64,000 nt of DNA from a virus (Duplodnaviria; Heunggongvirae; Uroviricota; Caudoviricetes): the IMG/VR virus record IMGVR_UViG_3300023371_000071; one strand, given 5' to 3'. Positions 29,934 through 40,499 of this stretch are shown here, piece by piece. The first letter of the stretch is position 1; each line of letters opens with the position of its first letter. The translations under genes and the position numbers were made by a program. The notes under the pieces are model-generated. The model searched no databases and was not told where the DNA came from. It worked only from the letters and a program-made list of their open reading frames with translations.

Positions 29934-30527
29934 TTATGAAATATATAATTCATGCCAACGTACCGCTTTATCTTCTAAGATAGCAATACGGGCAAGTAAT
30001 TCCTCAACGCCATCCACGCTTAAGTCCTCTTGTTCAGCACCCATTTCATTAGTTGGGAAACCTTTAAGAATATTTGCAGCACAGGCTTGAGTACTTAAAT
30101 TATATACATAAATATCTTCTGCGGGATCAATAGTATAGAAACGAACAACGAATTTAATTGGACCCGCACTTTTGGTTGCCCCTTTTCCAAGTTTCCAACC
30201 AAAATAAATTTTATTAGGATCGGTAGTAGTGTCCATATCTAAGACAGGACAAATTCTTCCTTCCTTGCTTGCGTTTAAATATTCAATAACACAAGTCATT
30301 GTAGATAAGTCTACTGAATCAAAATACCGATCAGCACAAAAATATACTGTATCCGCTTGGTGGTCATTTTCCACACCGAGGAAAGACTGGTACTCAGTAG
30401 GCAAAGTTAGCTTACGAGAGTTCCAGTCAATCTCGATAATGGGCTGAGCTAATTCAACATGATCAGCAAGCATAATGGTGGTATTTTGAATAGACTTTAA
30501 CACCTTATCATAATTAGAAAAAGCCAT
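29934..30527 (-). CDS. Hypothetical virion/tail protein, paralogous to the N-terminus of the 30547-32316 product
   Basis: Shares 'F.A.R.FD..DL....CV..Y.N' and 'F..RFY..D...Y...TQ....I.KG' with the upstream gene. Confidence 0.45.
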   Translation of the reverse strand: MAFSNYDKVLKSIQNTTIMLADHVELAQPIIEIDWNSRKLTLPTEYQSFLGVENDHQADTVYFCADRYFDSVDLSTMTCVIEYLNASKEGRICPVLDMDTTTDPNKIYFGWKLGKGATKSAGPIKFVVRFYTIDPAEDIYVYNLSTQACAANILKGFPTNEMGAEQEDLSVDGVEELLARIAILEDKAVRWHELYIS

Positions 30528-30546
30528 TCAAAACTCCTCCATTTAA

Positions 30547-32316
30547 TTATTCTTCGTATTCAACAGTAACTTTTCCGTTACGATCTTTCTTTAAAGTAAC
30601 CTTCTTAGATTCGGTAAGTTCACCGCTAACAACCATATTAGTACCATCAAATACCTTATGATAAATCTTACATCTGTAGCTATAAGAGTTATAGGTTGCA
30701 TTTGCTGGCTGTTCCAAAACAGGAGTAATGGTGAGAGTGGTGTCAGATAGATTGCTGACACCAGTGGCTTTTTCTGTAACCTTGTCACAAGTCCAGCTAA
30801 TTACCCATTCTTCTGGATGGATTGCAGATTTACTATCTAATGGGAAAATAGGCTCTGCAGTAATCTTAGAATCATTATAAGTCAACTTAACTTCAGTTGG
30901 CTTATCTGGCCAAGCGCGCAAAACGCAAGGGGTGCCAACTGCCAATGGCTCAGACTTTGTATTGTTGCGATAATTAATTGCATGGCAAGAAACAATACCT
31001 TCTGTATCCTTTGGAGGAATATAAGTATTTCCGTCTACGCCATCAGTTACTTCTACATCGTCAAGAGTCCAAGTATACTTCACATCTGCAGGCTTATTGT
31101 AGCCAGTGACATCAAAGATTAACTTATTGGTATAAGTAGTTTGTCCTTCTTCTGCGGATGGAGTCTCACCCAAGGAATACATTTTAATTGGGAACTTACT
31201 AATATCACCATGCTTCAATTCTGCGGCAGCAGGAATTGTTGCGGTCTTAGTGTTAATCCAACGAGTACCGGAAGCTGCAGTCTTATTACCAATTTGTGCG
31301 AAATAAGTACCAGCAGTGGTAACTACATATTCCTCATCTTCTTCTACAACATTCTCAAGAACGTCATAAAGTTGTTCTTTACCACGATACCAGCGATATA
31401 CAACTTCACCGCCCTGATCCTTGTTTGGAGATTCGCCTTTAACAGCTAAACGAAGAATACCATCTGGGTACAATAGATTACCATCTTCATCCTTTAATTC
31501 GGCATAATCTTCATAACCCTCAACATCAGTACTAAGTTCATATTCAACGGTATTATCCAAATCAAGAACAATAGTAGGTGCAGCACCATCAAGAGAGTTA
31601 ATTACACCAGAGTATACTGGACGAGTACGAATCAAGTTCTCCAAGTCAGTATCTAATTCGGCACCAACCACATCAAGATCAAGAGTACCCTTAATTGCGC
31701 AAGAGCTCTTCTGAGTAGCAACACTATAAGTGATTGTTGCAGGATCGGTACCATAGTCAAGAGCGTAGAAACGAAGAGCAAATTCGATAGAGCCGCTCTG
31801 CTCAGTCATCTCATTAGTAATAACCCAACCAAGAAGAACAAAGTCATGAGACTCGGTCTCACCAGTCTCAGCGTTAATTACAACTTCCTCTGAATAAACG
31901 TCAGTTAAAATAACAGGAGAGTTGCCCTGCTTTACCTTCTTGTTATTTGCATTGTACCACTGTACCACGCATAGAGTTTCATTTAAGTCCATTGCATCAA
32001 ACCAACGAGGGACTTTAAAGAAAATAATTTCAGCATTGGTATCGCCCTTAACACCAACACCAACATTTTTGAATTCGTTGGGTACGGTAATTGTACGGGC
32101 ATCCATGTCAACTTCAAAAGGTGGCTCCTCTAATGGGAGACGATAAAACTTATTACTTAAGTTCTTACCATGCTCTCTTGCAACCTGTAAGGCGTTAAAA
32201 TAAGTAGCTAATTCACCCTCTTGAAGAGAAACACCATATTGAGCTACATCAATCTGTAAATCATCAAAGAGTTTCTTATATTCTTCCTTGAATTTCTTAG
32301 TAATTACTACTTTCAT
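30547..32316 (-). CDS. Hypothetical tail protein (589 aa), TAG-free
   Basis: Continuous ORF. The N-terminal domain is homologous to the 197-aa downstream protein. Confidence 0.5.
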   Translation of the reverse strand: MKVVITKKFKEEYKKLFDDLQIDVAQYGVSLQEGELATYFNALQVAREHGKNLSNKFYRLPLEEPPFEVDMDARTITVPNEFKNVGVGVKGDTNAEIIFFKVPRWFDAMDLNETLCVVQWYNANNKKVKQGNSPVILTDVYSEEVVINAETGETESHDFVLLGWVITNEMTEQSGSIEFALRFYALDYGTDPATITYSVATQKSSCAIKGTLDLDVVGAELDTDLENLIRTRPVYSGVINSLDGAAPTIVLDLDNTVEYELSTDVEGYEDYAELKDEDGNLLYPDGILRLAVKGESPNKDQGGEVVYRWYRGKEQLYDVLENVVEEDEEYVVTTAGTYFAQIGNKTAASGTRWINTKTATIPAAAELKHGDISKFPIKMYSLGETPSAEEGQTTYTNKLIFDVTGYNKPADVKYTWTLDDVEVTDGVDGNTYIPPKDTEGIVSCHAINYRNNTKSEPLAVGTPCVLRAWPDKPTEVKLTYNDSKITAEPIFPLDSKSAIHPEEWVISWTCDKVTEKATGVSNLSDTTLTITPVLEQPANATYNSYSYRCKIYHKVFDGTNMVVSGELTESKKVTLKKDRNGKVTVEYEE

Positions 32317-32321
32317 TAAGA

Positions 32322-32788
32322 TTATTCCCCTTTCTCAATTTTAACCAATTGTTGGAATAATTCAACAATTTCAGTGTAATAGCTTTGAACTTGAGCACCA
32401 AGAGCCTGAGTTAAATAAATCTAACGAGTAATTTCAAAATTAGTCGCTTTTAAATCAATAGTAAACTCAGAAGACAACCGATAATCTGATGTCCCTGGAG
32501 CCAAAGTCATAAGCTGAAGAGTCGTTTTTCCAGAAATTAAACGGACCGGTTGCCGCAAAGACACTCTGTAAATGTTGTAAGCTGTATCTGCGGCTGGCTG
32601 CTTAAATTCCAACTCAACTACATCCCGCATCCCCTTATCATCTGTCATAATTAAAAAGACTTGATCAAGAATTCTCGGATTCTTATTTTTAGATACATGA
32701 AATTCAATATCAACCAAATCAGTTCCTGAAGCAAAACCTCTTGCAGGATTTAATTTGTCAAGTCTATCAAAATACATAATTGCGGCCA
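32322..32788 (-). CDS. Hypothetical protein (about 155 aa), one in-frame TAG
   Basis: ATG at 32786-88 with AGGAGG 8 nt upstream. TAG at 32421. TAA at 32322. Confidence 0.4.
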
Positions 32789-32864
32789 TAGTTGTTATCC
32801 TCCTAAAATAATGGGAGAACTTTATTTGAAAGTTCTCCCACATTCTAGATTATATTAAAAATTA

Positions 32865-33086
32865 TCAAGACTTTTTACTAGAATCTGTCCATCCAATTTC
32901 AGTCCACTGATCCAACTCATCCTCTGGAATAGTGACAACTTTTTTTGTAAGTACTCCATTGGTGAGAGTTTTACCTGAATCAGCAATTAATCTCAATAAA
33001 CGGACATGGTAAACGTCTTCAAGGTGAATGGGGGTGTCGAGCACCCCATTCGTACCTAAATAACGATATAAAACTGTTTTTTTCAT
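32865..33086 (-). CDS. Small hypothetical protein
   Basis: 73-aa ORF, tightly packed with its neighbours. Confidence 0.35.
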   Translation of the reverse strand: MKKTVLYRYLGTNGVLDTPIHLEDVYHVRLLRLIADSGKTLTNGVLTKKVVTIPEDELDQWTEIGWTDSSKKS

Positions 33087-33104
33087 ATCCCTATTCTCCT
33101 TTTA

Positions 33105-36100
33105 TTAAGCTTGCATAATTTGGACAAGATTTGGATTAGCTGTAATATGAAGATCATAGTTAGTAATCCAATCATCTACATAGGAAAGAATTTCATCATA
33201 TGAAGTACTGTTATTATCGTAAGTAACAACAAAACTACTTAAAGATAAATATTCTTGAGAGCTTGCACCAAACATGGCATTTGTTGACAACCAAGTTAAA
33301 GCGTTTGCATTAATTGGTCTTTGAGCGGTGCCAAAATTAATAATAGACCAACCACAGTTTTGGAATGTCTTATTACCATAAGCAGCACCAAAATCTTCAA
33401 TACCATCATTGTTAGTGTCTCCAAGACTGTACTCATTATAAGGAACAGTAAGAACAACACAATCCTTATTTCGGCATGCATTTGCAAATGCACTATTGCC
33501 AAAATAGCTAACATTGTTAGTATTGTCAACCACTAAATTAGTACAATTTCTGAAGCAGAAAGTTCCAATAGTAGTTAGTGAGTCAGGGAAATCAACATGA
33601 ACTAAGCTGGTTGCTTTATCAAATGCAAAATCATTAAATTTATAAATCTTACTTAAATTCTCTGCATTTTCTTGACAACCTAAGAAGAACACAGCGTACA
33701 GATCAGTATTTTGACACATACCATTAGATACAGAGCCTGTTGCAGAAGTACCTGCAGCAATTTCTAAGATCGGCCATTCGACACCTTGTTCATCAAATAC
33801 GGTAATTGGGAAACAAACTTTTCCACCAATGCCATAAGTAGGATCAAGACCAACAATAGCATAATTGCCAAGAACGGCGTCTGTTTTATAAGTAATATTT
33901 AAATACTGCTGATCAATTATATTGTCATAAACACTACTTTCCATGTAAACCGCATAGAAGTTCATGTCGCTACCTGCTAAAATACGATTTAAATCGGTGG
34001 TGTCAGTAGAAGAAGTAAGAGAAGTATGCCAACCAATAAATTTATAACAAGAAGTCAAAGCCAAAGAGGTGCTATCTCTTTGAGGAATTCTAGTAGGAGT
34101 AATAATTGGCTTACCAGCAGGAGTTTCAATTTCTTCAAACAAAGAGCCATCATAATTATAAAAGCTCATAGTATAACCATGCACTTTATATACTGCAACA
34201 ACAGTTACGCGTCCACCATCAATAGCAGATAAGACGTGAGTATTTAATTCATTAGTTGCATAAAGTGTAACTTTATCATTATCGGTAATTACGGAATGTG
34301 CCGCTCTAAAATCAAATGTGCCATCTTCAATTGCCCAACCAACAAAGTCATAATGCAATCTAGAAGGTTCTTCTCCTTCGTAAACTACTGGGGACTCAGC
34401 ATATCCATAAGGATACTTTAACCATCCAAGTGTCTTTTGAACACCTTCTGCATTATATTCAACAAAATGAACAGAATAAGCAGGATTTACTTTGTCACCA
34501 GTAATTTCAAGATCTGGATAAAGTGCATTATAACGTTTCCACAAAGTATATTCGTCTAATGCATCTCCCTCTTCCTGATTGTTCACGTGCATACGACCAG
34601 TTAAGCCTGGAAGAATTTTAGTATTTGGTAAAAGTTCATTATAAGTTAAGAAAGAGCGGTAACGATAAGTATCAGTTTCCACAGTTGCGGTTTTATCCTC
34701 ATACATATCTAAGAAAGCTGTTACAATATCAAGATTTTTAATGACGTTTGTATCAAAAGCATCATCAAAAGTATAAATTACACCATCATTAAGTTTATTG
34801 ATCCAGCCTTCCTCATAATAACCAGTAGCTCCGTTAGGATCATGGTATACTTCGTAAGTGGTTTGATTTTTTAATTCATAATACTTTGTTGCACGATCGA
34901 AAGATGTACCAATTTCAACTAATTTATATGGAGACCATTCCACATCGGTAAAGTCACACTTTAAAATAGGTGTGGTATTTCCATCAGTAATAATGCCATT
35001 GTGTTTAGCTTCTTTTACTTTATATAAGTAATCTAACAAACGATAAGAATCAATACCCATTTTACTTCTGTCTAATACAAATGTCTCAATATTACAAGTT
35101 GTATTAGCATTAGGAGTAGTGGTATATTTATCTGTTAAATTCTTAATATATAAACCAGTTGGAGTATTATCAATGGTTGGAGCTGTTTCTACAATACCCC
35201 TTAATTCAAGAGGTTGTTTCAAAACAAAGGAGGTAATTGTTTCTGGCAAGTACAAGGTCTTTAACAAGTTACCTTCAGTAAACTCGACAGAACTTAATTG
35301 TGTACCTGTTGCCATAAAAGTATTAATTTTTTCAGCACCAGTTAATTGAAGAGAACCAGCCAACTTAGTTAAATTAGATAGGTCCATATATGTCAAAAGT
35401 CCTTTTGGACTTGTAGCAGTGATAGCCAAAGCATCAATAAATTTATCTGTGATACCATCATTGCGATAGCCATCTATCAAAGAACCAAGTGTGAAAGTAC
35501 GCAAACGAATTGCTTGAGAATAGTCAATTTCATTAAGGTACTTGTCACTTAAGTTGCCAAGATCCGCGATATATTCTGGACCGCGAATATAAGCCAACTG
35601 TTGAGACAATGGAACGCCATCGTCTAAGCGGTTTTTAATAGAAGATGGTGGGTCAATAAGAACAGGATCGTCTTGACCGGCAACATAAGGCTTAGGCGTG
35701 GTAGCAGTTTCATCATATACTACAGATAGATACTGAGATAAGTATCCATGTAGATTGAATGATGCACTTGCCTGCAAACCTTCTACTAAGTTACCTTCTT
35801 CATCTTTAGTATCATCAGAAGTACGAGCAAGGTCGTTTGCATTATAACGCAATTTAATTTGCTTCTTAATAAATTCAGGATTATAAGAACCACCTAACCA
35901 CTGAGAGTCAAGATAATTCAAACGATTGCGGAAGAATGCTTGACGATTTAAAGTTCTATCACCTTGCAAGCAGTAGAAATAACCTTCAGTTTGAGAAATA
36001 GTTCCTTCTTGATCGGTATATCCTGTAGTTGCAGGAGAGATATATTTATAATCAGCGTCAATGTTCTTCATAATTTCGCTCCACTTGTCAGAACCATTGG

Positions 36101-39100
36101 TATTATAATGTTCATTAAGTGTATCGAGTTCAATCGCACCTTCATTGCGTAAGCCGCGATAAATTGCTAAAATTTTGTCCATCATTAATCCAGCGAAGTT
36201 GATCCATAAAACTGAACCAGCACCAGAGAAGATGGAAGCATCTTTAAATGCATGACCTGTGTCGTCATAAATATCAGGATCTTCAGATACTAATGTTGCA
36301 TCAGTGTTGTAGTCCCAAGAAACATGTCCGGAATTGTTTACACCTAACTGAGTATCAATATCGTAGAAAATTGGGAACCAAATAAAATCACCGTTAGCAT
36401 TAGACTTAGCAGTTGGACCCCATGTTGCAATCATCATATTCTTTTGACGAGAGTCATAGCACAAAAGCAATTCAGTCATAATGAAATAGATTGCACAATA
36501 ATCAAGATCAAAGTGCTCAGTAAATTCATTTCTGAACTTAGCTTTTCTATAGCGGATAGAGTCAGTATCAAATTTCTCATAAAGATCTGCGCTAAAACCT
36601 TCCCAGACCAAATTTACTTCAATAGTAAATTCATCACGAGCATAGTTTTCACTAATCTCTAATCCACAATTTGCAACTGCCTCTTGGTCACTACCTTCAG
36701 GCATTTCGTAATAGAATAATCCATCTTCATGTTTTACAAAAGTATAAGGTCCAACGTATTTCTCATAATCATGAGTCATACCATTAGCTTTATCTTCTTC
36801 AGTCAGAGTGCCATTTACAGCTACTAAGAAATCAGTAAATGTCTTAAGATTATTAACAATTACGCTATTTGCATTATCTGTTTCATTCAAAGTCTGATAA
36901 GCAGCTTGAATGGTAGGAGTAATATTTGCTTTTGTATAAGTCTGATCTGCGCCAAGAGTATAATAAGTAACACCATGCTCATATTGAGAAGATAAGGTTA
37001 AATAATATTTGGTCGCATCTAATGCACTACCAGTGAACTTTGTGGTATCTGTGCTATGTACCCAATCCCACATTACCTTAAAATTCTTGGTATGATCTTT
37101 AATATACTGATTTGCTACACCAATCTCATTATCTTTATAAACATCTCCGATATCCCAGTCTTCATAAGTATAACGAGGCTCGAAATGATTATAAATTTGT
37201 AGACGACCAGCATTTTCTTCAGTGTTAGGAATTAATTCGTAGAAACCATTCACATCATCGCTTTGGAATTTACCAAGACCAGACTGGTTCTGGCAGAATT
37301 CCCAACATTCGGCTAACTCGCCAAAAGTACTCTTACGAGGCGTAGTTTCTTCTCTTAGCTCTTCATCATCGCTTAATTCATCGACCTTCTGCCAAGAGGT
37401 ATGAATCTTTTCTACGGAATATGGATTATATACACGTTTTGTTGGGTCTAAATCCCATCCAAAGTCAAAGCCAAATGTATTGGTAGCACCCTTATCAAGA
37501 TTAAAATTGTACTTACCAACATACTCAATATTACCATCAATGTCTTCCCAGAATACCAAAATTGGGAATCCGAAAACAGTGGTTCTATAATCTTTGGTTT
37601 GACCAAAATATTTCTTTAATGGATGTCTCAAGTCTGCACTCTTGTCACTGCCAGTTTGATTTGCAATAGTCTGGATCAAATTGGCAAATTGCGTATTATG
37701 TGTACTTGAACTTTCCATATAGTCAGCTTTTAAACAGAAAGTCTTCGCGGCGATACCATTACCAATATCAATTTTAGAAATCATTTTACTTTCGTCATTA
37801 TGATCTTGATACCAGTAATCTTTCTTGTTTTCGTCGCCATCCCAAGTTTCAAAGCGGAAAGGTTTGTCCCAACTTGTAATACCAGAAACTTTTTCTTGGG
37901 TCTTTAACTTATAATTACGACGTGGATAACCCTGAGAAGAAGTTCCTTGCACGTCCAATTCAACATTCTGACAATGGAAGCCTTGACTTGGTTTAGCTGG
38001 ATTCCAGAAACGAATACCAACAGCTTTCTTGTTTCCTTTTGCGTAAGGAAGTTTATTGTCAGCCGTAGCACCTACATCAGAATTTTTATAAGTTGTAATA
38101 ACCATTGTTGGGATAATATCTGCTTGACGCACTTTAGCATAATCAATTTTATTACTTTCAACAATAGAACCATTGCGATTATAACGATTATGTCTCTCAT
38201 CAAGAGTTGGAGCATCACCAATCCAGTTTTGAGTAATCGCAGAATAATTTAATGCATTTGTGTAAACACGAATATTAAAAATATCAACATCACAATAATC
38301 AGAGTTAATAACAATCTTATCAACGGAAGCGCTAAAGTCATCATTAGAAGTAAATTTCATAATATTGGTCAAAACACCATTAACATATAAATAAATTAAT
38401 GGAATAGTATTTGAAGTTGGAGCACCAGTTTCTGTATTATAAATCTGAGTAAATTTACCAGCTGCATCTACTACGATAGAAATTTTTACTCTTTCATCAT
38501 CGGTATAACGAGCATTAACAACTTTAGTTTTAGAAAGACTGAAGAAAGCCTCTTGAGTACCAAGCATAAAACCACGATAGTTGCTAGGATTAAAATATGT
38601 TAAAAATGCTCCTTCGCCACTAGATACAGTTTTTACCTGTTCAGTTTCTGGAGTTCCATCTTCGTCGAACATTGGGTTGCCATTAGCATCAATCTTTTGT
38701 ACTGCTTTTTCAATAATTAAGCGAGAGTAATCAACAGCATTACGAACTTTAAAATCAAATTCATAAGTACGAGAAGCCGCTTTGACAGTAGACATCGCTG
38801 CTAAAGGAATTTCAACAGAAGCACCATTGCTAACTCTTAAACAAGTACCTTCAGATTCATCCTCAATCCAACCATTATTAGCCCAGTTAAAATTATTAAA
38901 TTTAATTTCTCCAAGACCAATAGTATCATCTTGAGTTTCTGCTTTGTTTGGCCATTGTTGACGTTTATTTGGGGTTTCTAGATTAGAACGTCCAAGAGCA
39001 TTCAAATATAAAACTGCACCTTTTGTAGCGTCAAGGTCCATCTTATAATTTGGAACAATGAACACTTGGAATTCTTTATAAGTTAAACCGCACTGTAAAA

Positions 39101-40418
39101 TGAAAGAGTTCATTTCATTTACATTATAAGTAGCGATAGTCCATGGTTGCCATTCGGTTTCAGAATAAGTTACAGTAACACCAATTTGTTCTTCACCATT
39201 GATGTAATATTCAACATACGCTTTACCATCATTACGAGTTGGATCATATACATTATAAGGAATCTTAATAATTGTATAATTTTCCTCTTCTGTCTTATTA
39301 TATGGAGACCAAATAATTGGTACAGCTTTTTCACCAGAAGTGATATTTCTAAATACACCAATACCGTAATGATAATCACCAACAACAACTTCACTCGTGC
39401 CGATCATCATTGTCGCGTGAACATCTAATGTATGACCACCTTGATCTACGTTAGACAATAAATCATTTAATTTAAAGGCGCCACTTTGAGAAGTAACAAC
39501 ATCGCTTACTTCATAGCTAAGTCCGCTTAATCCATCAGTGAGCGTATAAACAACATTAATACTCCAGTCGTCAGGAAGCTTAGATCCTTGTCCGGCATAA
39601 ACTTTATAATAATATTGCACATCTTGTTCTTCTGGTTTTAAGAGTGCAATTGGATTCCATTGATTTGTTGGCTCATAGTGAACATCAACACAAGTAACTT
39701 GACGAGTTACTGGAGAGCTATAGCGGAGATCTACTTCTACTTGGAAAAGGAAATAGTTCTGATCACCAGCAACCACATCATCGGCATTTAGCTCAATATC
39801 AAACCAATCTCCAACATCAACGGTAAAACTCTTTGTAAAACGAGGAGCAATACCTTCTTTATATTCTCCAACGTTATTATAAATTTGCAAAGTAAAAGTA
39901 CCAGATTGACCTCCGCGGGCATCAGTAACTTTACCTTTACCAATTAACTTTGTTCCATATGGATGATATTTAGGAAAATCAATAGAAAGCAAAATGCTGG
40001 AATCGAAGATTTCATCTCCATCTCCATCGCCGATTCCACCACCACCGCCACCGGCAATGAGAAGCTTTTCGCAATAAGCAAGAACATCATCCATCTGCAC
40101 AATCTTATAGAACGTATTATCAGAATTAATAATAATACTACCAACAAGATAGTGATCTTCTAAAATATTCTCACGAGGAAATGGATATAGTGCTGTTTCA
40201 GGATCTAAAACAAGCTCTTCGGGTGGAGTGTCACCATAAACGAAAAGGATACCATTTCCGCTCATTTGATAACGGTTACCATTTACATCGAAGAAGATTT
40301 TTCTATTATCATAAGCAAAATAAACGGCGCCGTTTCTTTTAATCGCGGCATTAACCATTTCTTCTGTACCATGATAAGGACTAAAAGCATCAGTAGAGAT
40401 TCTTTCAGATACATTCAT
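33105..40418 (-). CDS. Giant 2437-aa virion protein with C-terminal BspA-like leucine-rich repeats (putative adhesin or receptor-binding megaprotein), TAG-free
   Basis: Continuous ORF with an AAGGAG ribosome-binding site. C-terminal 'KIYKFNDFAFDKATSLVHVDFPDSLTTIGTFCFRNCTNLV' is a BspA-type leucine-rich repeat. Poly-Gly/Asp linker 'GGGGGGIGDGDGDE'. Confidence 0.6.
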   Translation of the reverse strand: MNVSERISTDAFSPYHGTEEMVNAAIKRNGAVYFAYDNRKIFFDVNGNRYQMSGNGILFVYGDTPPEELVLDPETALYPFPRENILEDHYLVGSIIINSDNTFYKIVQMDDVLAYCEKLLIAGGGGGGIGDGDGDEIFDSSILLSIDFPKYHPYGTKLIGKGKVTDARGGQSGTFTLQIYNNVGEYKEGIAPRFTKSFTVDVGDWFDIELNADDVVAGDQNYFLFQVEVDLRYSSPVTRQVTCVDVHYEPTNQWNPIALLKPEEQDVQYYYKVYAGQGSKLPDDWSINVVYTLTDGLSGLSYEVSDVVTSQSGAFKLNDLLSNVDQGGHTLDVHATMMIGTSEVVVGDYHYGIGVFRNITSGEKAVPIIWSPYNKTEEENYTIIKIPYNVYDPTRNDGKAYVEYYINGEEQIGVTVTYSETEWQPWTIATYNVNEMNSFILQCGLTYKEFQVFIVPNYKMDLDATKGAVLYLNALGRSNLETPNKRQQWPNKAETQDDTIGLGEIKFNNFNWANNGWIEDESEGTCLRVSNGASVEIPLAAMSTVKAASRTYEFDFKVRNAVDYSRLIIEKAVQKIDANGNPMFDEDGTPETEQVKTVSSGEGAFLTYFNPSNYRGFMLGTQEAFFSLSKTKVVNARYTDDERVKISIVVDAAGKFTQIYNTETGAPTSNTIPLIYLYVNGVLTNIMKFTSNDDFSASVDKIVINSDYCDVDIFNIRVYTNALNYSAITQNWIGDAPTLDERHNRYNRNGSIVESNKIDYAKVRQADIIPTMVITTYKNSDVGATADNKLPYAKGNKKAVGIRFWNPAKPSQGFHCQNVELDVQGTSSQGYPRRNYKLKTQEKVSGITSWDKPFRFETWDGDENKKDYWYQDHNDESKMISKIDIGNGIAAKTFCLKADYMESSSTHNTQFANLIQTIANQTGSDKSADLRHPLKKYFGQTKDYRTTVFGFPILVFWEDIDGNIEYVGKYNFNLDKGATNTFGFDFGWDLDPTKRVYNPYSVEKIHTSWQKVDELSDDEELREETTPRKSTFGELAECWEFCQNQSGLGKFQSDDVNGFYELIPNTEENAGRLQIYNHFEPRYTYEDWDIGDVYKDNEIGVANQYIKDHTKNFKVMWDWVHSTDTTKFTGSALDATKYYLTLSSQYEHGVTYYTLGADQTYTKANITPTIQAAYQTLNETDNANSVIVNNLKTFTDFLVAVNGTLTEEDKANGMTHDYEKYVGPYTFVKHEDGLFYYEMPEGSDQEAVANCGLEISENYARDEFTIEVNLVWEGFSADLYEKFDTDSIRYRKAKFRNEFTEHFDLDYCAIYFIMTELLLCYDSRQKNMMIATWGPTAKSNANGDFIWFPIFYDIDTQLGVNNSGHVSWDYNTDATLVSEDPDIYDDTGHAFKDASIFSGAGSVLWINFAGLMMDKILAIYRGLRNEGAIELDTLNEHYNTNGSDKWSEIMKNIDADYKYISPATTGYTDQEGTISQTEGYFYCLQGDRTLNRQAFFRNRLNYLDSQWLGGSYNPEFIKKQIKLRYNANDLARTSDDTKDEEGNLVEGLQASASFNLHGYLSQYLSVVYDETATTPKPYVAGQDDPVLIDPPSSIKNRLDDGVPLSQQLAYIRGPEYIADLGNLSDKYLNEIDYSQAIRLRTFTLGSLIDGYRNDGITDKFIDALAITATSPKGLLTYMDLSNLTKLAGSLQLTGAEKINTFMATGTQLSSVEFTEGNLLKTLYLPETITSFVLKQPLELRGIVETAPTIDNTPTGLYIKNLTDKYTTTPNANTTCNIETFVLDRSKMGIDSYRLLDYLYKVKEAKHNGIITDGNTTPILKCDFTDVEWSPYKLVEIGTSFDRATKYYELKNQTTYEVYHDPNGATGYYEEGWINKLNDGVIYTFDDAFDTNVIKNLDIVTAFLDMYEDKTATVETDTYRYRSFLTYNELLPNTKILPGLTGRMHVNNQEEGDALDEYTLWKRYNALYPDLEITGDKVNPAYSVHFVEYNAEGVQKTLGWLKYPYGYAESPVVYEGEEPSRLHYDFVGWAIEDGTFDFRAAHSVITDNDKVTLYATNELNTHVLSAIDGGRVTVVAVYKVHGYTMSFYNYDGSLFEEIETPAGKPIITPTRIPQRDSTSLALTSCYKFIGWHTSLTSSTDTTDLNRILAGSDMNFYAVYMESSVYDNIIDQQYLNITYKTDAVLGNYAIVGLDPTYGIGGKVCFPITVFDEQGVEWPILEIAAGTSATGSVSNGMCQNTDLYAVFFLGCQENAENLSKIYKFNDFAFDKATSLVHVDFPDSLTTIGTFCFRNCTNLVVDNTNNVSYFGNSAFANACRNKDCVVLTVPYNEYSLGDTNNDGIEDFGAAYGNKTFQNCGWSIINFGTAQRPINANALTWLSTNAMFGASSQEYLSLSSFVVTYDNNSTSYDEILSYVDDWITNYDLHITANPNLVQIMQA

Positions 40419-40453
40419 AAAACGATTTTCTCCTTCCTCTCAAAAAATAAAAA

Positions 40454-40479
40454 GGGCAAAGTGCAGTGTCACTTTGCCC
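40454..40479 (-). terminator. Rho-independent terminator
   Basis: GGGCAAAGTG-cagtgt-CACTTTGCCC hairpin, followed on the minus strand by TTTTTATTTTTT. Confidence 0.65.
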
Positions 40480-40499
40480 TGTGTAGTAAAATTTATAAA

